A DNA stretch of 64,000 nucleotides from Verrucomicrobiia bacterium (lineage in GTDB: Bacteria > Verrucomicrobiota > Verrucomicrobiia > Limisphaerales > UBA11358), in the NCBI GenBank assembly GCA_035546095.1, contig DASZXB010000047.1, forward strand, positions 26,905 through 90,904. Reading direction: 5' to 3'. Positions within the stretch are counted from its first letter, which is position 1. Every line of letters starts with the position of its first letter. A program made the translations under genes and the position numbers. A model generated the notes under the pieces. That model did no database searches, was not told the DNA's origin, and was given only the letters and a program-made list of their open reading frames with translations. Shown in pieces: positions 30,693-38,492 of the stretch.

Positions 30693-32102
30693 TCAAGGAT
30701 AACTACCTTGCTGCACAGTTCCGCCGGCGGATTGCCCCATCCGATTGGCTATCGTTGAATTTCCAAACCCATTGACAGGGGAAGCCGTATTACGGCTTTT
30801 CCAATTTTGACCGATAACAGTCACAGGCTGGCTTTGCTGCAAAGATTGCTGATTATCTGTCTGAAGCTGGCTGTAATCAGGCTGATACATAGACGGAGCA
30901 GGGGAGTAAGCTATTTGAGAATTAAGCAAATGTTGAACTGGAAAGACTTCATTAAAAACTGTCACCTGACGCGGATTGATACGCTGGACTTCGCCAAACA
31001 TTGAATCCGCCGTCCGACCGTCAGACAGTTGCACAAGAATATGATGAGGGAAATAAACGTATCCAGTGCATACGACCAGATTGGTGTCTGTATTTTCAGA
31101 AGTGCTTTTAGGAAGCACAGCTTGTTGCTGTGCGCTATCGCGCAGAGAGTCTTCAGTTTGTGCAGGGCTATTAGTCCTGCGCGCGGACAGCGCAACTTGC
31201 TGCGCGGGTTTGGAAACTTTCTTCGGACTGTGCATCATCCACGAAGTGAATGTTCCAAGTAGTTTCGGAGCCTGTGAAAGAGCAAAAATTATCGCAACCG
31301 CCAGTATCAAAATACCCCACCAAGGGAGTCCCTTCCTGCGTCCACCTATATCGGCCACCATCCGGCCAGACAAACCAACACCAGCAGAAGTGTCATACGT
31401 TTGCGCAATGCCTTTTTTATCAAGCCGAAAAAGTTTGCGTGTCATCGGCTCTTGCTGACTACCAGTTGGCGCGCATTCGTAAATCGCCACGCTAAACACA
31501 TCCGGCTGCCTAAACATCCCAATCGAAAGTTTAGAATGATTGCGAACAACCCAAAAGTCTTGCGCGACTCGTTGCACAGCCGGATCAATCTGCTTCGTGT
31601 GCTGTGTGACTATCAAAACATCGTCACCAAATTTACGGTGTTGGGCGTTGTAAAATAAAACGCCCTCACCTGTGCGCTGCCAATTCCTCGAGCCATAAAA
31701 TTTCCAAGCCTCGTCCACCACATACATGCAAGGCCCAGACGTCGCACCGTTAGCTGTGTCAAAGTCTATAATGATTTCGTCGCCGTCCCTCGTTTTCTTG
31801 GCATTGTAATTCGACTTAACGAGCTTGCCATCCACAACACGCCAGAGATAAAAAGCCGCGATTTCTTCATCCGGCAATATATGAATACGCTTGTCACAGT
31901 CGAAATGCTTACCGAACGCTTTAAGCAAGTAGCTTCGCAATCCTATCATGGGCTGATGGCTGCCATTGACCCACGGCTCGACCCGCACCGCCAAGTTCGT
32001 GATTATCGGCCTTGTCCCTTGCAAAAGCTCATCTATCACTTGTTGCATTGCCAACAGTCCCTTGCCGCCACCGGGTTTGCCCGTTATGAAACTTATCGCC
32101 AT
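30693..32102 (-). CDS. Zot/pI-like inovirus assembly ATPase (phage A)
   Basis: Walker A GKPGGGKG, Walker B MYVVDEAW and a single TM (WWGILILAVAIIFAL). The C-terminal 169 aa are nearly identical to phage B Zot. Confidence 0.85.
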   Translation of the reverse strand: MAISFITGKPGGGKGLLAMQQVIDELLQGTRPIITNLAVRVEPWVNGSHQPMIGLRSYLLKAFGKHFDCDKRIHILPDEEIAAFYLWRVVDGKLVKSNYNAKKTRDGDEIIIDFDTANGATSGPCMYVVDEAWKFYGSRNWQRTGEGVLFYNAQHRKFGDDVLIVTQHTKQIDPAVQRVAQDFWVVRNHSKLSIGMFRQPDVFSVAIYECAPTGSQQEPMTRKLFRLDKKGIAQTYDTSAGVGLSGRMVADIGGRRKGLPWWGILILAVAIIFALSQAPKLLGTFTSWMMHSPKKVSKPAQQVALSARRTNSPAQTEDSLRDSAQQQAVLPKSTSENTDTNLVVCTGYVYFPHHILVQLSDGRTADSMFGEVQRINPRQVTVFNEVFPVQHLLNSQIAYSPAPSMYQPDYSQLQTDNQQSLQQSQPVTVIGQNWKSRNTASPVNGFGNSTIANRMGQSAGGTVQQGSYP

Positions 32103-32286
32103 TCTATTTCGTTTTCCTTTCCAAATCAGTCGAGGCCGGAAGTCCGCCACCTTTAACGAACCCAACGACTCTCATCCGCTTCTACTGGTTGCTTCACGGC
32201 TTTGTCCCGAAGCTTTCATCGTCGTTTCCGGCCTCAAAAATTCTTTCCAATATCCATCTCCGTTTTCAAAGCGTTTTTTGACTTCA

Positions 32287-32479
32287 GATTTCTGCCCGCC
32301 GCCTGCTCCGGCGAAGAAACAACACATAAACTTAGAGCCTGCGCGCGGCAACAAGCAGTCGTCACGCCAGAGTTTCCCCCTCCACCCTCCGAAACTCTGT
32401 CATGCCGACTGCTCGCTGCCGTGCTCGTAAGTCAGTTGTTTCTCCGCCTCCGCACAGGTGAAGGCGGCGGGCAGAAATC
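32287..32479. repeat. 18-bp perfect inverted repeat (extendable imperfectly to about 40 nt) enclosing about 157 nt
   Basis: gatttctgcccgccgcct (32287-32304) faces aggcggcgggcagaaatc (32462-32479). Secondary arms ggcgaagaaacaac / gttgtttctccgcc lie inside. Confidence 0.75.
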
Positions 32480-32499
32480 CGAAGCCAAAAAAAAAGCTT

Positions 32500-32763
32500 A
32501 TGAAAATCATCAATTGGATATTGGACAGAATGTTTAACGAGCCGGAAGACCGCGAAGAAAAGTTCCGGGAAGGCATACGAGAAGAATACAAGCGGAGCGG
32601 ATTCGAGTCGGGTATCGAATTCTGCAAAGGTGACTGGAATGGCGTCGAGTGGCTTGACTACCTTATTAGCGAAAATATGATAATAGAATTCGTTGCGTTC
32701 AAAGACGGCATGGAGCAAGGTATCCGCCGCTACACAGCAGGATTGAAAGGAGGTGCGTTGTGA
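32500..32763 (+). CDS. hypothetical protein, cargo gene 1 of phage A (opposite strand to the phage genes)
   Basis: Acidic/basic balanced 87-aa ORF (alternative GTG start at 32458). No counterpart in phage B. Confidence 0.55.
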   Translation: MKIINWILDRMFNEPEDREEKFREGIREEYKRSGFESGIEFCKGDWNGVEWLDYLISENMIIEFVAFKDGMEQGIRRYTAGLKGGAL

Positions 32764-32951
32764 TCCTCCAAAAATTACCCAAAGCGTCTGACGAAAAATT
32801 ACTCGAAGAGCTTGTAAGAGCTGCTCAAAGTATCGAAAAAAACACAAAAATACACGCACCGAAATATCCAGAGTTGCACTGGAAAAAAATGTCAGGCTCA
32901 CTCTGGTGGATTGCCAAAATAACAGAAGAAATGCGTAGGCGTTGCACATAA
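32760..32951 (+). CDS. hypothetical protein, cargo gene 2 of phage A
   Basis: GTG start overlaps the upstream stop (GTGA) and is preceded by a ggagg Shine-Dalgarno at a spacing of about 6 nt. 63 aa. Confidence 0.6.
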   Translation: MILQKLPKASDEKLLEELVRAAQSIEKNTKIHAPKYPELHWKKMSGSLWWIAKITEEMRRRCT

Positions 32952-33076
32952 TCACTTACCGAACACGAACTTCGCAAATTCGCGTTCGGTTTCGTCCAAC
33001 ACTACCCACCAGCGCAGCGATTCAAGCGCAGATTGCCAAGTCGAATAATACATAAAACGACGCTTGTCCTCAAAAA

Positions 33077-33316
33077 TTATACAAACATTCGTAAGTTGAA
33101 CTTCTTGTCGAGCCATAAAGCTATCGCAAACGTTATCAAAACAGTCAAAAATGCAGGTTCAAAAGAATCAAAAAACCAGCCATACCACGTCAAATGACTT
33201 GCCAACACGTCCGTTAGTATCACCTGATGCCACCCATCGGCGAACATCTCCTGCGTAATACACATTTGGTTCAGAGCAACAACATTCGTATCATAGTAAG
33301 CAGGGTTAATATCCAT
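33077..33316 (-). CDS. small hydrophobic phage protein (phage A)
   Basis: 79 aa from the ATG at 33316, 1 nt after the upstream stop. Has C-terminal TM segments. Confidence 0.45.
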   Translation of the reverse strand: MDINPAYYDTNVVALNQMCITQEMFADGWHQVILTDVLASHLTWYGWFFDSFEPAFLTVLITFAIALWLDKKFNLRMFV

Positions 33317-33317
33317 A

Positions 33318-33509
33318 TCAAAAGTCGCTTGAACCAGACCCGCCAGTGCGACGCGCAAGCCTCAAAACAAACCCAAAACCAAGAAGGCCAAGTGCAAAGG
33401 CAAATCCACCCCAAAAAAGACCGGGCTGCGTCGTAGCATCATAACTGTTACCAGATGGGTCAGTAACGTAGTTCGTTATCTGCGCGAGAATTTCAATACT
33501 TGAAAGCAT
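33318..33509 (-). CDS. small coat-like membrane protein (phage A)
   Basis: The C-terminus GFAFALGLLGFGFVLRLARR is homologous to the C-terminus of the phage B ORF at 44425-44733 (FGFTVCGFGWVLRMARR). Confidence 0.55.
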   Translation of the reverse strand: MLSSIEILAQITNYVTDPSGNSYDATTQPGLFWGGFAFALGLLGFGFVLRLARRTGGSGSSDF

Positions 33510-33574
33510 AATAAAAAATCAATCCGGCAACTATCATACCACACACAAAATCAACATAAGGATCAAAGGTCATA

Positions 33575-33970
33575 TCAAGCACCAGGTAAATATTTAATTA
33601 CTCTACTCATGACAACTGCAAGATAAATCGAGGTAAAACCCCAAACTAAAAAAGCAATGTAAAGTCCAAAAGCAAACTGAAAAGGAAAACAAGCATCAGC
33701 CAAAGCCAAAGCACCAGCAGGAGCGCCAGCCAAAGGATTAGAATTAATTACCTCACGCAGACCCATGCCAATCATCCCTGTAAAAACAGCCCCCAAAAAC
33801 ACACCCCAAGCAGTCAAAACAGCAATTTGAACAGCAGCAAAAACAACCGCACGCGCAACCGTAGTCGCACCAACAGCAGCCAAAGCAGGAATGTAAGCCT
33901 TGGTAACAGACCAAATACGTTGAAGAAACAAAAGAATACGAGAAAGAATAACAGGCATATCAAGCTTCAA
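33575..33970 (-). CDS. g6p-like multi-TM virion/assembly protein (phage A)
   Basis: The block GLREVINSNPLAGAPAGALAL is homologous to phage B 43915-44421. The position between g3p-like and Zot is typical of pVI. Confidence 0.6.
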   Translation of the reverse strand: MKLDMPVILSRILLFLQRIWSVTKAYIPALAAVGATTVARAVVFAAVQIAVLTAWGVFLGAVFTGMIGMGLREVINSNPLAGAPAGALALADACFPFQFAFGLYIAFLVWGFTSIYLAVVMSRVIKYLPGA

Positions 33971-35393
33971 CCTGCCTTTCTACTGTAGCAACAGCTTGTG
34001 TCTGAACACCACGCGCTTGATTCATGATTTCAACAAGCTTAACAGAATGAACGAGAATACGTTGCAAGTAATACAAAGCCAAAATCCACATGATGAAATT
34101 GCGACAGAGCGAAAAAATAGAAGCAAAAGAACTATGCAAAGGATTCAAATCCATAACGCCGCCGCGACCAAAATCAATAGTCATATCAGGAATAGACCCG
34201 ACATCAATAACTGGCCCAACTATACCAGATACCCAAGACTGATAATCAGTTTCCCAACCCGATAATTCAACAGAAGCAGAACCTGAATGAGCCAAAGCAC
34301 CGGAATAATTCGTGTCACCAAATTGCTCAACCAAATTAGTATAATCCGGTTCATCATCATTTGTTGAAAATCCAGAAACATTTGTTGAAATAAGATTACT
34401 CGATAAATCGGACAAAACATTTGAAATCCCTTGAAGTGTCTGGTTACTAGGCCAATTTTGAACCCAAACATTCGAGGATAAAGAAACTATATTCGATGAA
34501 CCAGCGCCACCGCCACCCATACTACCGCTAATATTTGAGACAACTATCACTCGACCCTCCAAATCCTGCCGAACTGCGTAAATCTGCCCAATCGCATTGG
34601 TCCAGTAGTTGAATGCCTGTTGCTGATTCAAAAGCATTTGATTGTTTTGACTGGCAAGCATATTGAAGCCAGCCATATCTATATTCGTTTGCGCTGCGCT
34701 CTGATAACTTATCGGGCCTTGAGTCACTAGATTAGAAGAACTTTGCTGATTTATAGAGTTTACTCCTTGCTGCGAAATGTCGTTTCCCGCCGAATAACTG
34801 CCTGAATTATTCAAATCCAAATTCGTAATAATGTAACCGCCGTTGCCATCGGAAAGAGTCGCAGCCTGCGTTATATCATAACCCCATGAAAGGGTGTCAG
34901 AAATAGGATTAACAGCAGGATAAGTGTAAGTAGCAAACTGGTTAGGAAATATAAGCTGTTGATACTGCAAAACTCCATTCTGCTTAAACCAAGCAAAAAC
35001 AGGAGTCGTCTCGTAATTAAAAACCGTGCGGGAAACAGCCAAAGAAGAATTTGTCCCACCGGGATAAGCAAAAAGGTTAACAGGATATCCCTTCGCAAAA
35101 GGGACAACGGAACTTACAATGACAGGAGAAGAACCATTTATAGCCTGATACGAAAGAGCGACACCCATCGTCAAACTCCCCCAAGAAGAATCATTGGCCG
35201 AACCAGAAGATGTCTGTCCAACATTAAAAGATTGCGGAGAAGGAACAACAGTAACGAAATAAACATGATTTGTGTAAAGAAGAAGTTGCAACGAAACGAG
35301 ATTAGTTGAACCAGCATTAAGTATGCTAAAAGTAGTAGTCGCTCGAAGCGAAACACAAATCAGCAAAAAGAAAATCGAAAAAAGCTTACGCAT
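33960..35393 (-). CDS. g3p-like minor coat/adsorption protein (phage A)
   Basis: Signal peptide MRKLFSIFFLLICVSL, Gly-rich linker GSMGGGGAGSS and a C-terminal hydrophobic anchor. Follows the major coat gene. Confidence 0.7.
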   Translation of the reverse strand: MRKLFSIFFLLICVSLRATTTFSILNAGSTNLVSLQLLLYTNHVYFVTVVPSPQSFNVGQTSSGSANDSSWGSLTMGVALSYQAINGSSPVIVSSVVPFAKGYPVNLFAYPGGTNSSLAVSRTVFNYETTPVFAWFKQNGVLQYQQLIFPNQFATYTYPAVNPISDTLSWGYDITQAATLSDGNGGYIITNLDLNNSGSYSAGNDISQQGVNSINQQSSSNLVTQGPISYQSAAQTNIDMAGFNMLASQNNQMLLNQQQAFNYWTNAIGQIYAVRQDLEGRVIVVSNISGSMGGGGAGSSNIVSLSSNVWVQNWPSNQTLQGISNVLSDLSSNLISTNVSGFSTNDDEPDYTNLVEQFGDTNYSGALAHSGSASVELSGWETDYQSWVSGIVGPVIDVGSIPDMTIDFGRGGVMDLNPLHSSFASIFSLCRNFIMWILALYYLQRILVHSVKLVEIMNQARGVQTQAVATVERQVEA

Positions 35394-35400
35394 GGAAAAA

Positions 35401-35425
35401 GGGCAGGGGATTTAAGCCCCTGCCC
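35401..35425 (-). terminator. stem-loop between the coat and g3p-like genes (phage A)
   Basis: gggcagggg-atttaag-cccctgccc, a 9-bp perfect stem. Confidence 0.6.
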
Positions 35426-35433
35426 AGAATGAA

Positions 35434-35634
35434 TTACTTGACCGTGCGCTTCGCCAAACGAAGAATCACATAGAACCCAACAATACTAATCGTAATTGGA
35501 GCAATAGTGGCAAACGCTGTATTAGCATTTGTGGCGATTGTCGTAGCATCAGGATCACCCGAAGCTGCAAACAATACAACAGGAGCCAACACCAAAAAAC
35601 CAACACCAACTTTCTTCAATATTTTCATTTTCAC
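35434..35634 (-). CDS. major coat protein (g8p-like, phage A)
   Basis: 66 aa. Signal peptide ...VLFAASG, acidic N-terminus DPDATT, hydrophobic core IAPITISIVGFYVIL and basic tail RLAKRTVK. Confidence 0.8.
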   Translation of the reverse strand: MKMKILKKVGVGFLVLAPVVLFAASGDPDATTIATNANTAFATIAPITISIVGFYVILRLAKRTVK

Positions 35635-35724
35635 CTTTCAGTTACATCAAAGCGGAATTGCTTTGATTGAAAGAAATTATGGCAAGATTGTTGCTAACTG
35701 TGCAGTTACCAAAAACGCAACAAC

Positions 35725-36162
35725 ATGGACATACAAGAATACCAAAACCAAATGAATCAAATTCTTCAGAACTACCAAACTGAAGAAAACAAAGCCGTAA
35801 CAATCGAAACCCTAGCAAGCATAATAGGAATAATCATTACATGGTGGATAATTTTCAAATTCCTTAAAGCAATCGAAAATATCAGCGAAGAAATCAAACT
35901 ACAAAGAAACGCATTTGAAAAAGCTAATAATCTTCCAAAGACCGAAAGACAACAAAACGCTGGCCGGCTAAAGTCTTTGTTTCTAACCTACCAGAAGAAA
36001 TCAAAAAACGAACACGCGAAGACGAAACATCTAACAACCAAGCCGCCAACCCAACAGGAACAAGACCAAAAGGGGAATCAGAAACAACAAGACGAAAAAG
36101 TCGAATACGCTCAACACGGTTCGTCAAACGACGCGAAATATCAGCCGAAATTTCAATCATAG
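35725..36162 (+). CDS. antisense-oriented TM protein ORF (phage A), extent uncertain
   Basis: The N-terminal roughly 66 codons lie in the HTH-coat gap and include a TM segment (IIGIIITWWIIF). The remainder overlaps the HTH gene antisense. The analogous ORF in phage B is 41577-41978. Confidence 0.3.
   Translation: MDIQEYQNQMNQILQNYQTEENKAVTIETLASIIGIIITWWIIFKFLKAIENISEEIKLQRNAFEKANNLPKTERQQNAGRLKSLFLTYQKKSKNEHAKTKHLTTKPPTQQEQDQKGNQKQQDEKVEYAQHGSSNDAKYQPKFQS
35924..36160 (-). CDS. excisionase/MerR-like HTH protein (phage A)
   Basis: LAAWLLDVSSSRVRFLISSGRLETKTLAGQRFV is homologous to phage B 41573-41827. ATGA-coupled to the Zn-ribbon gene. Confidence 0.65.
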   Translation of the reverse strand: MIEISADISRRLTNRVERIRLFRLVVSDSPFGLVPVGLAAWLLDVSSSRVRFLISSGRLETKTLAGQRFVVFRSLEDY

Positions 36163-36399
36163 CATTTCCTTATGTTTCCGTTGATCAAATAATTCTGGTG
36201 TAGTTGCCTTATCAATTTCTTCACGCATCTTCCGAAACCAATACTCTCCCAATTGCTTTCGTCGTATCGAGGCAGGAATAAAATGACAGGCCAGATGTCC
36301 ACACACAGGGCAGGGGACATTCTGCGACGGACGTTCATACGTCAGAAAAACAACGTCGTCACACTCATCGCAAAACCAATGACCTTTCAATTTAGACAT
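36157..36399 (-). CDS. Zn-ribbon protein (phage A)
   Basis: CDECDD...CPVCGH four-Cys motif. Nearly identical to phage B 41082-41321. Confidence 0.7.
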   Translation of the reverse strand: MSKLKGHWFCDECDDVVFLTYERPSQNVPCPVCGHLACHFIPASIRRKQLGEYWFRKMREEIDKATTPELFDQRKHKEML

Positions 36400-36430
36400 A
36401 GTTCATCTTCAAGCAATCGGTTTCGCCAGT

Positions 36431-36451
36431 CCGCCGCGCTCCGCGCGGCGG
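36431..36451 (-). other. conserved GC hairpin with a GGA loop (candidate ori, packaging or terminator signal; phage A)
   Basis: The coding strand reads ccgccgcgc-gga-gcgcggcgg, a 9-bp stem. The same core CCGCGC-GGA-GCGCGG occurs in phage B at 41019-41045. Confidence 0.5.
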
Positions 36452-36598
36452 CCTACCGAACCCGAATCACCCTTGCCTTTCACACGTGAGAGAATTCTCA
36501 CAACCTGAACGATGCTATAGCCCGTCAGCCGGTTTAATGAAGCCGTATAGCCACATGCGCTGGTGTCCAGCAGCCGACTGTAAATGCAGTTTGTTACG

Positions 36599-37243
36599 CT
36601 ATCGTCGCAACATTGACTGTTCAAACGGAGACCGTCTTACTTCGCCTTGCCGTGTGTTACCGGCGTGTCTGTCCTCCTCAACTCGTTTGTATCCAGTTAA
36701 GCGCTTATTAGGAGTCAATTCCCCATTTATGCCGCTGAACAATCCGTCACGATCCCGATGACCAAACCGGCTACGGTTCTCCATGTGACGTATCAAACTC
36801 ATGGACAGCATCACGTCACAACGTGTTCCAAACTTTCCAAGTTCATACCAGTTCGCACCCGCGTTGGTATAACTTGCGTCAACTCCCTTGAGCACATACT
36901 CGACACCAGTAAGAGTCGAGTCGTAGACACGCACGCGAGCTTGACCACCACCAAATCTTTCCCAAATTTTCATAAAGGAAAAACAGGTGGCTTCGCTCAC
37001 GGCGGAAGCCGGAAACGCTGCGATTAGTGCATGGAAATGCGGGCGGTGCGTCAGTTCACCTTTTTCCTTACGCAACACCCACAAAATTTTAAGAAAATGA
37101 ACCCCGAAATTGTCCGCCTGTTCGCGCATCATCGCGAAGTACATCTTGAGCCAAACAGCTTCCGTCACTTTCAGCGTTCTAAACGTAAAAGTGCAGAAGA
37201 ACTGCCACTCGACGGTTTCCAGCAGATGTTTCTCAGGGTTCAT
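36599..37243 (-). CDS. HUH rolling-circle replication initiator (phage A)
   Basis: Motif order FCTFTF, HFHALI (HUH) and GVEYVLKG (catalytic Tyr). Confidence 0.7.
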   Translation of the reverse strand: MNPEKHLLETVEWQFFCTFTFRTLKVTEAVWLKMYFAMMREQADNFGVHFLKILWVLRKEKGELTHRPHFHALIAAFPASAVSEATCFSFMKIWERFGGGQARVRVYDSTLTGVEYVLKGVDASYTNAGANWYELGKFGTRCDVMLSMSLIRHMENRSRFGHRDRDGLFSGINGELTPNKRLTGYKRVEEDRHAGNTRQGEVRRSPFEQSMLRR

Positions 37244-37252
37244 AATCGCAGA

Positions 37253-37540
37253 CTACTTTTTGTCCAATGGAGTGCTGTAAATGCGGCCAGAGGAGCGCAG
37301 CCGAGTCCCGAACGGCGGAGGCCGCAGTTCAATGACGTCCAGCTCGATTTCCTTGTCCAACATCTTGCCAGCATATTTCTCCTTTTCTGGCTCCGACAGA
37401 ACGTAGTCGAAGTTGTCCTTCAGCCGCGCTCCGCTCGGACACAAATCCTGACAGGTAAAGACTTGTGTTTTCACAAGCCCTTTCTTGCCGGTGTATTCGT
37501 CGGGCTGGTCAGAGACAATCCTCACTTTCATCCTAGGCAT
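37253..37540 (-). CDS. small phage protein, possible ssDNA-binding protein (by position only)
   Basis: 95-aa ORF adjacent to Rep. No motif recognised. Confidence 0.3.
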   Translation of the reverse strand: MPRMKVRIVSDQPDEYTGKKGLVKTQVFTCQDLCPSGARLKDNFDYVLSEPEKEKYAGKMLDKEIELDVIELRPPPFGTRLRSSGRIYSTPLDKK

Positions 37541-37949
37541 TTTGAGTCCCTTTCATTTTTTGTTTTCTTCGTGCTGTTGATTTGTCTCCCTTGCTTGCAC
37601 GAACGGGCAGGGGAGAAAGTGAAGGCGAAACTTCATCAAGTTTCTGAAGAAATAACCTATCCGGCATGTCAGCAACGTTAGTCTGGTCCACTAGAGACGT
37701 ATTACGCTTATTGAGGACCGAGCCGCGAAGTGTATTACGTTTCCTCGGACCTAAAACACGATTTCCAGCACGAAATGAAGTCGAAAAGTCTTGGGATTTC
37801 GGAACACCTAATCTTTTGCGTTTGTTCCACTCACGATGAATCAGACAACGAATCCATTCAGCAAAATTCTCGAATTGACAGAATTCCGACGACAAAATTT
37901 CATCTATCATCTTCTTTTCTCGGTCGTTGACACGGAAAGTTAAAATCAT
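37533..37949 (-). CDS. ribbon-helix-helix (CopG-like) protein (phage A)
   Basis: MILTFRVNDREKKMIDEIL...IHREWNKRKRLGVPKS is nearly identical at the N-terminus to phage B 40355-40687. Confidence 0.65.
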   Translation of the reverse strand: MILTFRVNDREKKMIDEILSSEFCQFENFAEWIRCLIHREWNKRKRLGVPKSQDFSTSFRAGNRVLGPRKRNTLRGSVLNKRNTSLVDQTNVADMPDRLFLQKLDEVSPSLSPLPVRASKGDKSTARRKQKMKGTQNA

Positions 37950-37967
37950 GATGTATTACAGGTTAAA

Positions 37968-38492
37968 TCAGGCAGCTTCGGGAGGTTGATGGCAATCTAC
38001 GACAGCCAAACTACGCTCAAAACGATTCTCACCAGTGATAAACTCAGAAAGCTTTTCAAGTTCAGTTCGGATAAACTTTATGTCCGGCAAAAGATTAGAA
38101 GGCTCTTGCGGATGGCACTGGCTGAAAAGCCGCTTGAATTGCCGACGAAGTTCAGCACATTCAAGTTCAGTCAATGAAGCGTGGTAATCATGAACGAGAA
38201 TCTGTAACAGTCCGATGTTTTCCAAATAGAAAAGTGTTCGGCGAGCAGAATCTTTGTTGCCAGCATTAGCACGGTCAAATGCGTCCTGAAGCCTATCCAT
38301 TACATGCTGATAAAGCCGTCGCATACGACAACGAAAATCATTTTCCGGTATGGCAAAAAAAGCGCGTGATTCAGCTATGCGCTCAAGTTGCGTCTTGGTA
38401 AGACCCCAAGGAGTTTTGCCTTTGCCAGCACGCGCACGCCAACGGCCATTAGCCATGCGATAATGAGTTTCTGTTGTAGGTTCGGTAGTCAT
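37968..38492 (-). CDS. hypothetical phage regulatory-module protein (phage A)
   Basis: ATGA-coupled to the upstream ORF. Shows weak similarity to phage B 39059-39430 (QIL..Y...L...E...LR......CHP). Confidence 0.5.
   Translation of the reverse strand: MTTEPTTETHYRMANGRWRARAGKGKTPWGLTKTQLERIAESRAFFAIPENDFRCRMRRLYQHVMDRLQDAFDRANAGNKDSARRTLFYLENIGLLQILVHDYHASLTELECAELRRQFKRLFSQCHPQEPSNLLPDIKFIRTELEKLSEFITGENRFERSLAVVDCHQPPEAA

Noticed and set aside
30693-32102. Interpreting the Zot-like proteins as zonula-occludens-type enterotoxins or virulence factors
   Set aside because: The family name is historical. The context of coat, g3p-like, g6p-like and Rep genes shows that they are inovirus assembly ATPases.
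32172-32354. 60-aa minus-strand ORF and a 23-aa ORF (MRVVGFVKGGG...) just upstream of Zot A
   Set aside because: The 60-aa ORF includes the left arm of the 18-bp inverted repeat and has no homologue in phage B. The 23-aa ORF shows only a 5-6 residue resemblance (RVVGF versus RVVSF) to the 50-aa ORF upstream of Zot B, which is too little to call.
32362-32955. 197-aa minus-strand ORF in the phage A cargo region
   Set aside because: It is rich in F, L and R and lacks a start context. The two plus-strand ORFs it shadows have a GTGA overlap and a ggagg Shine-Dalgarno. It is kept as the alternative model in the cargo finding.
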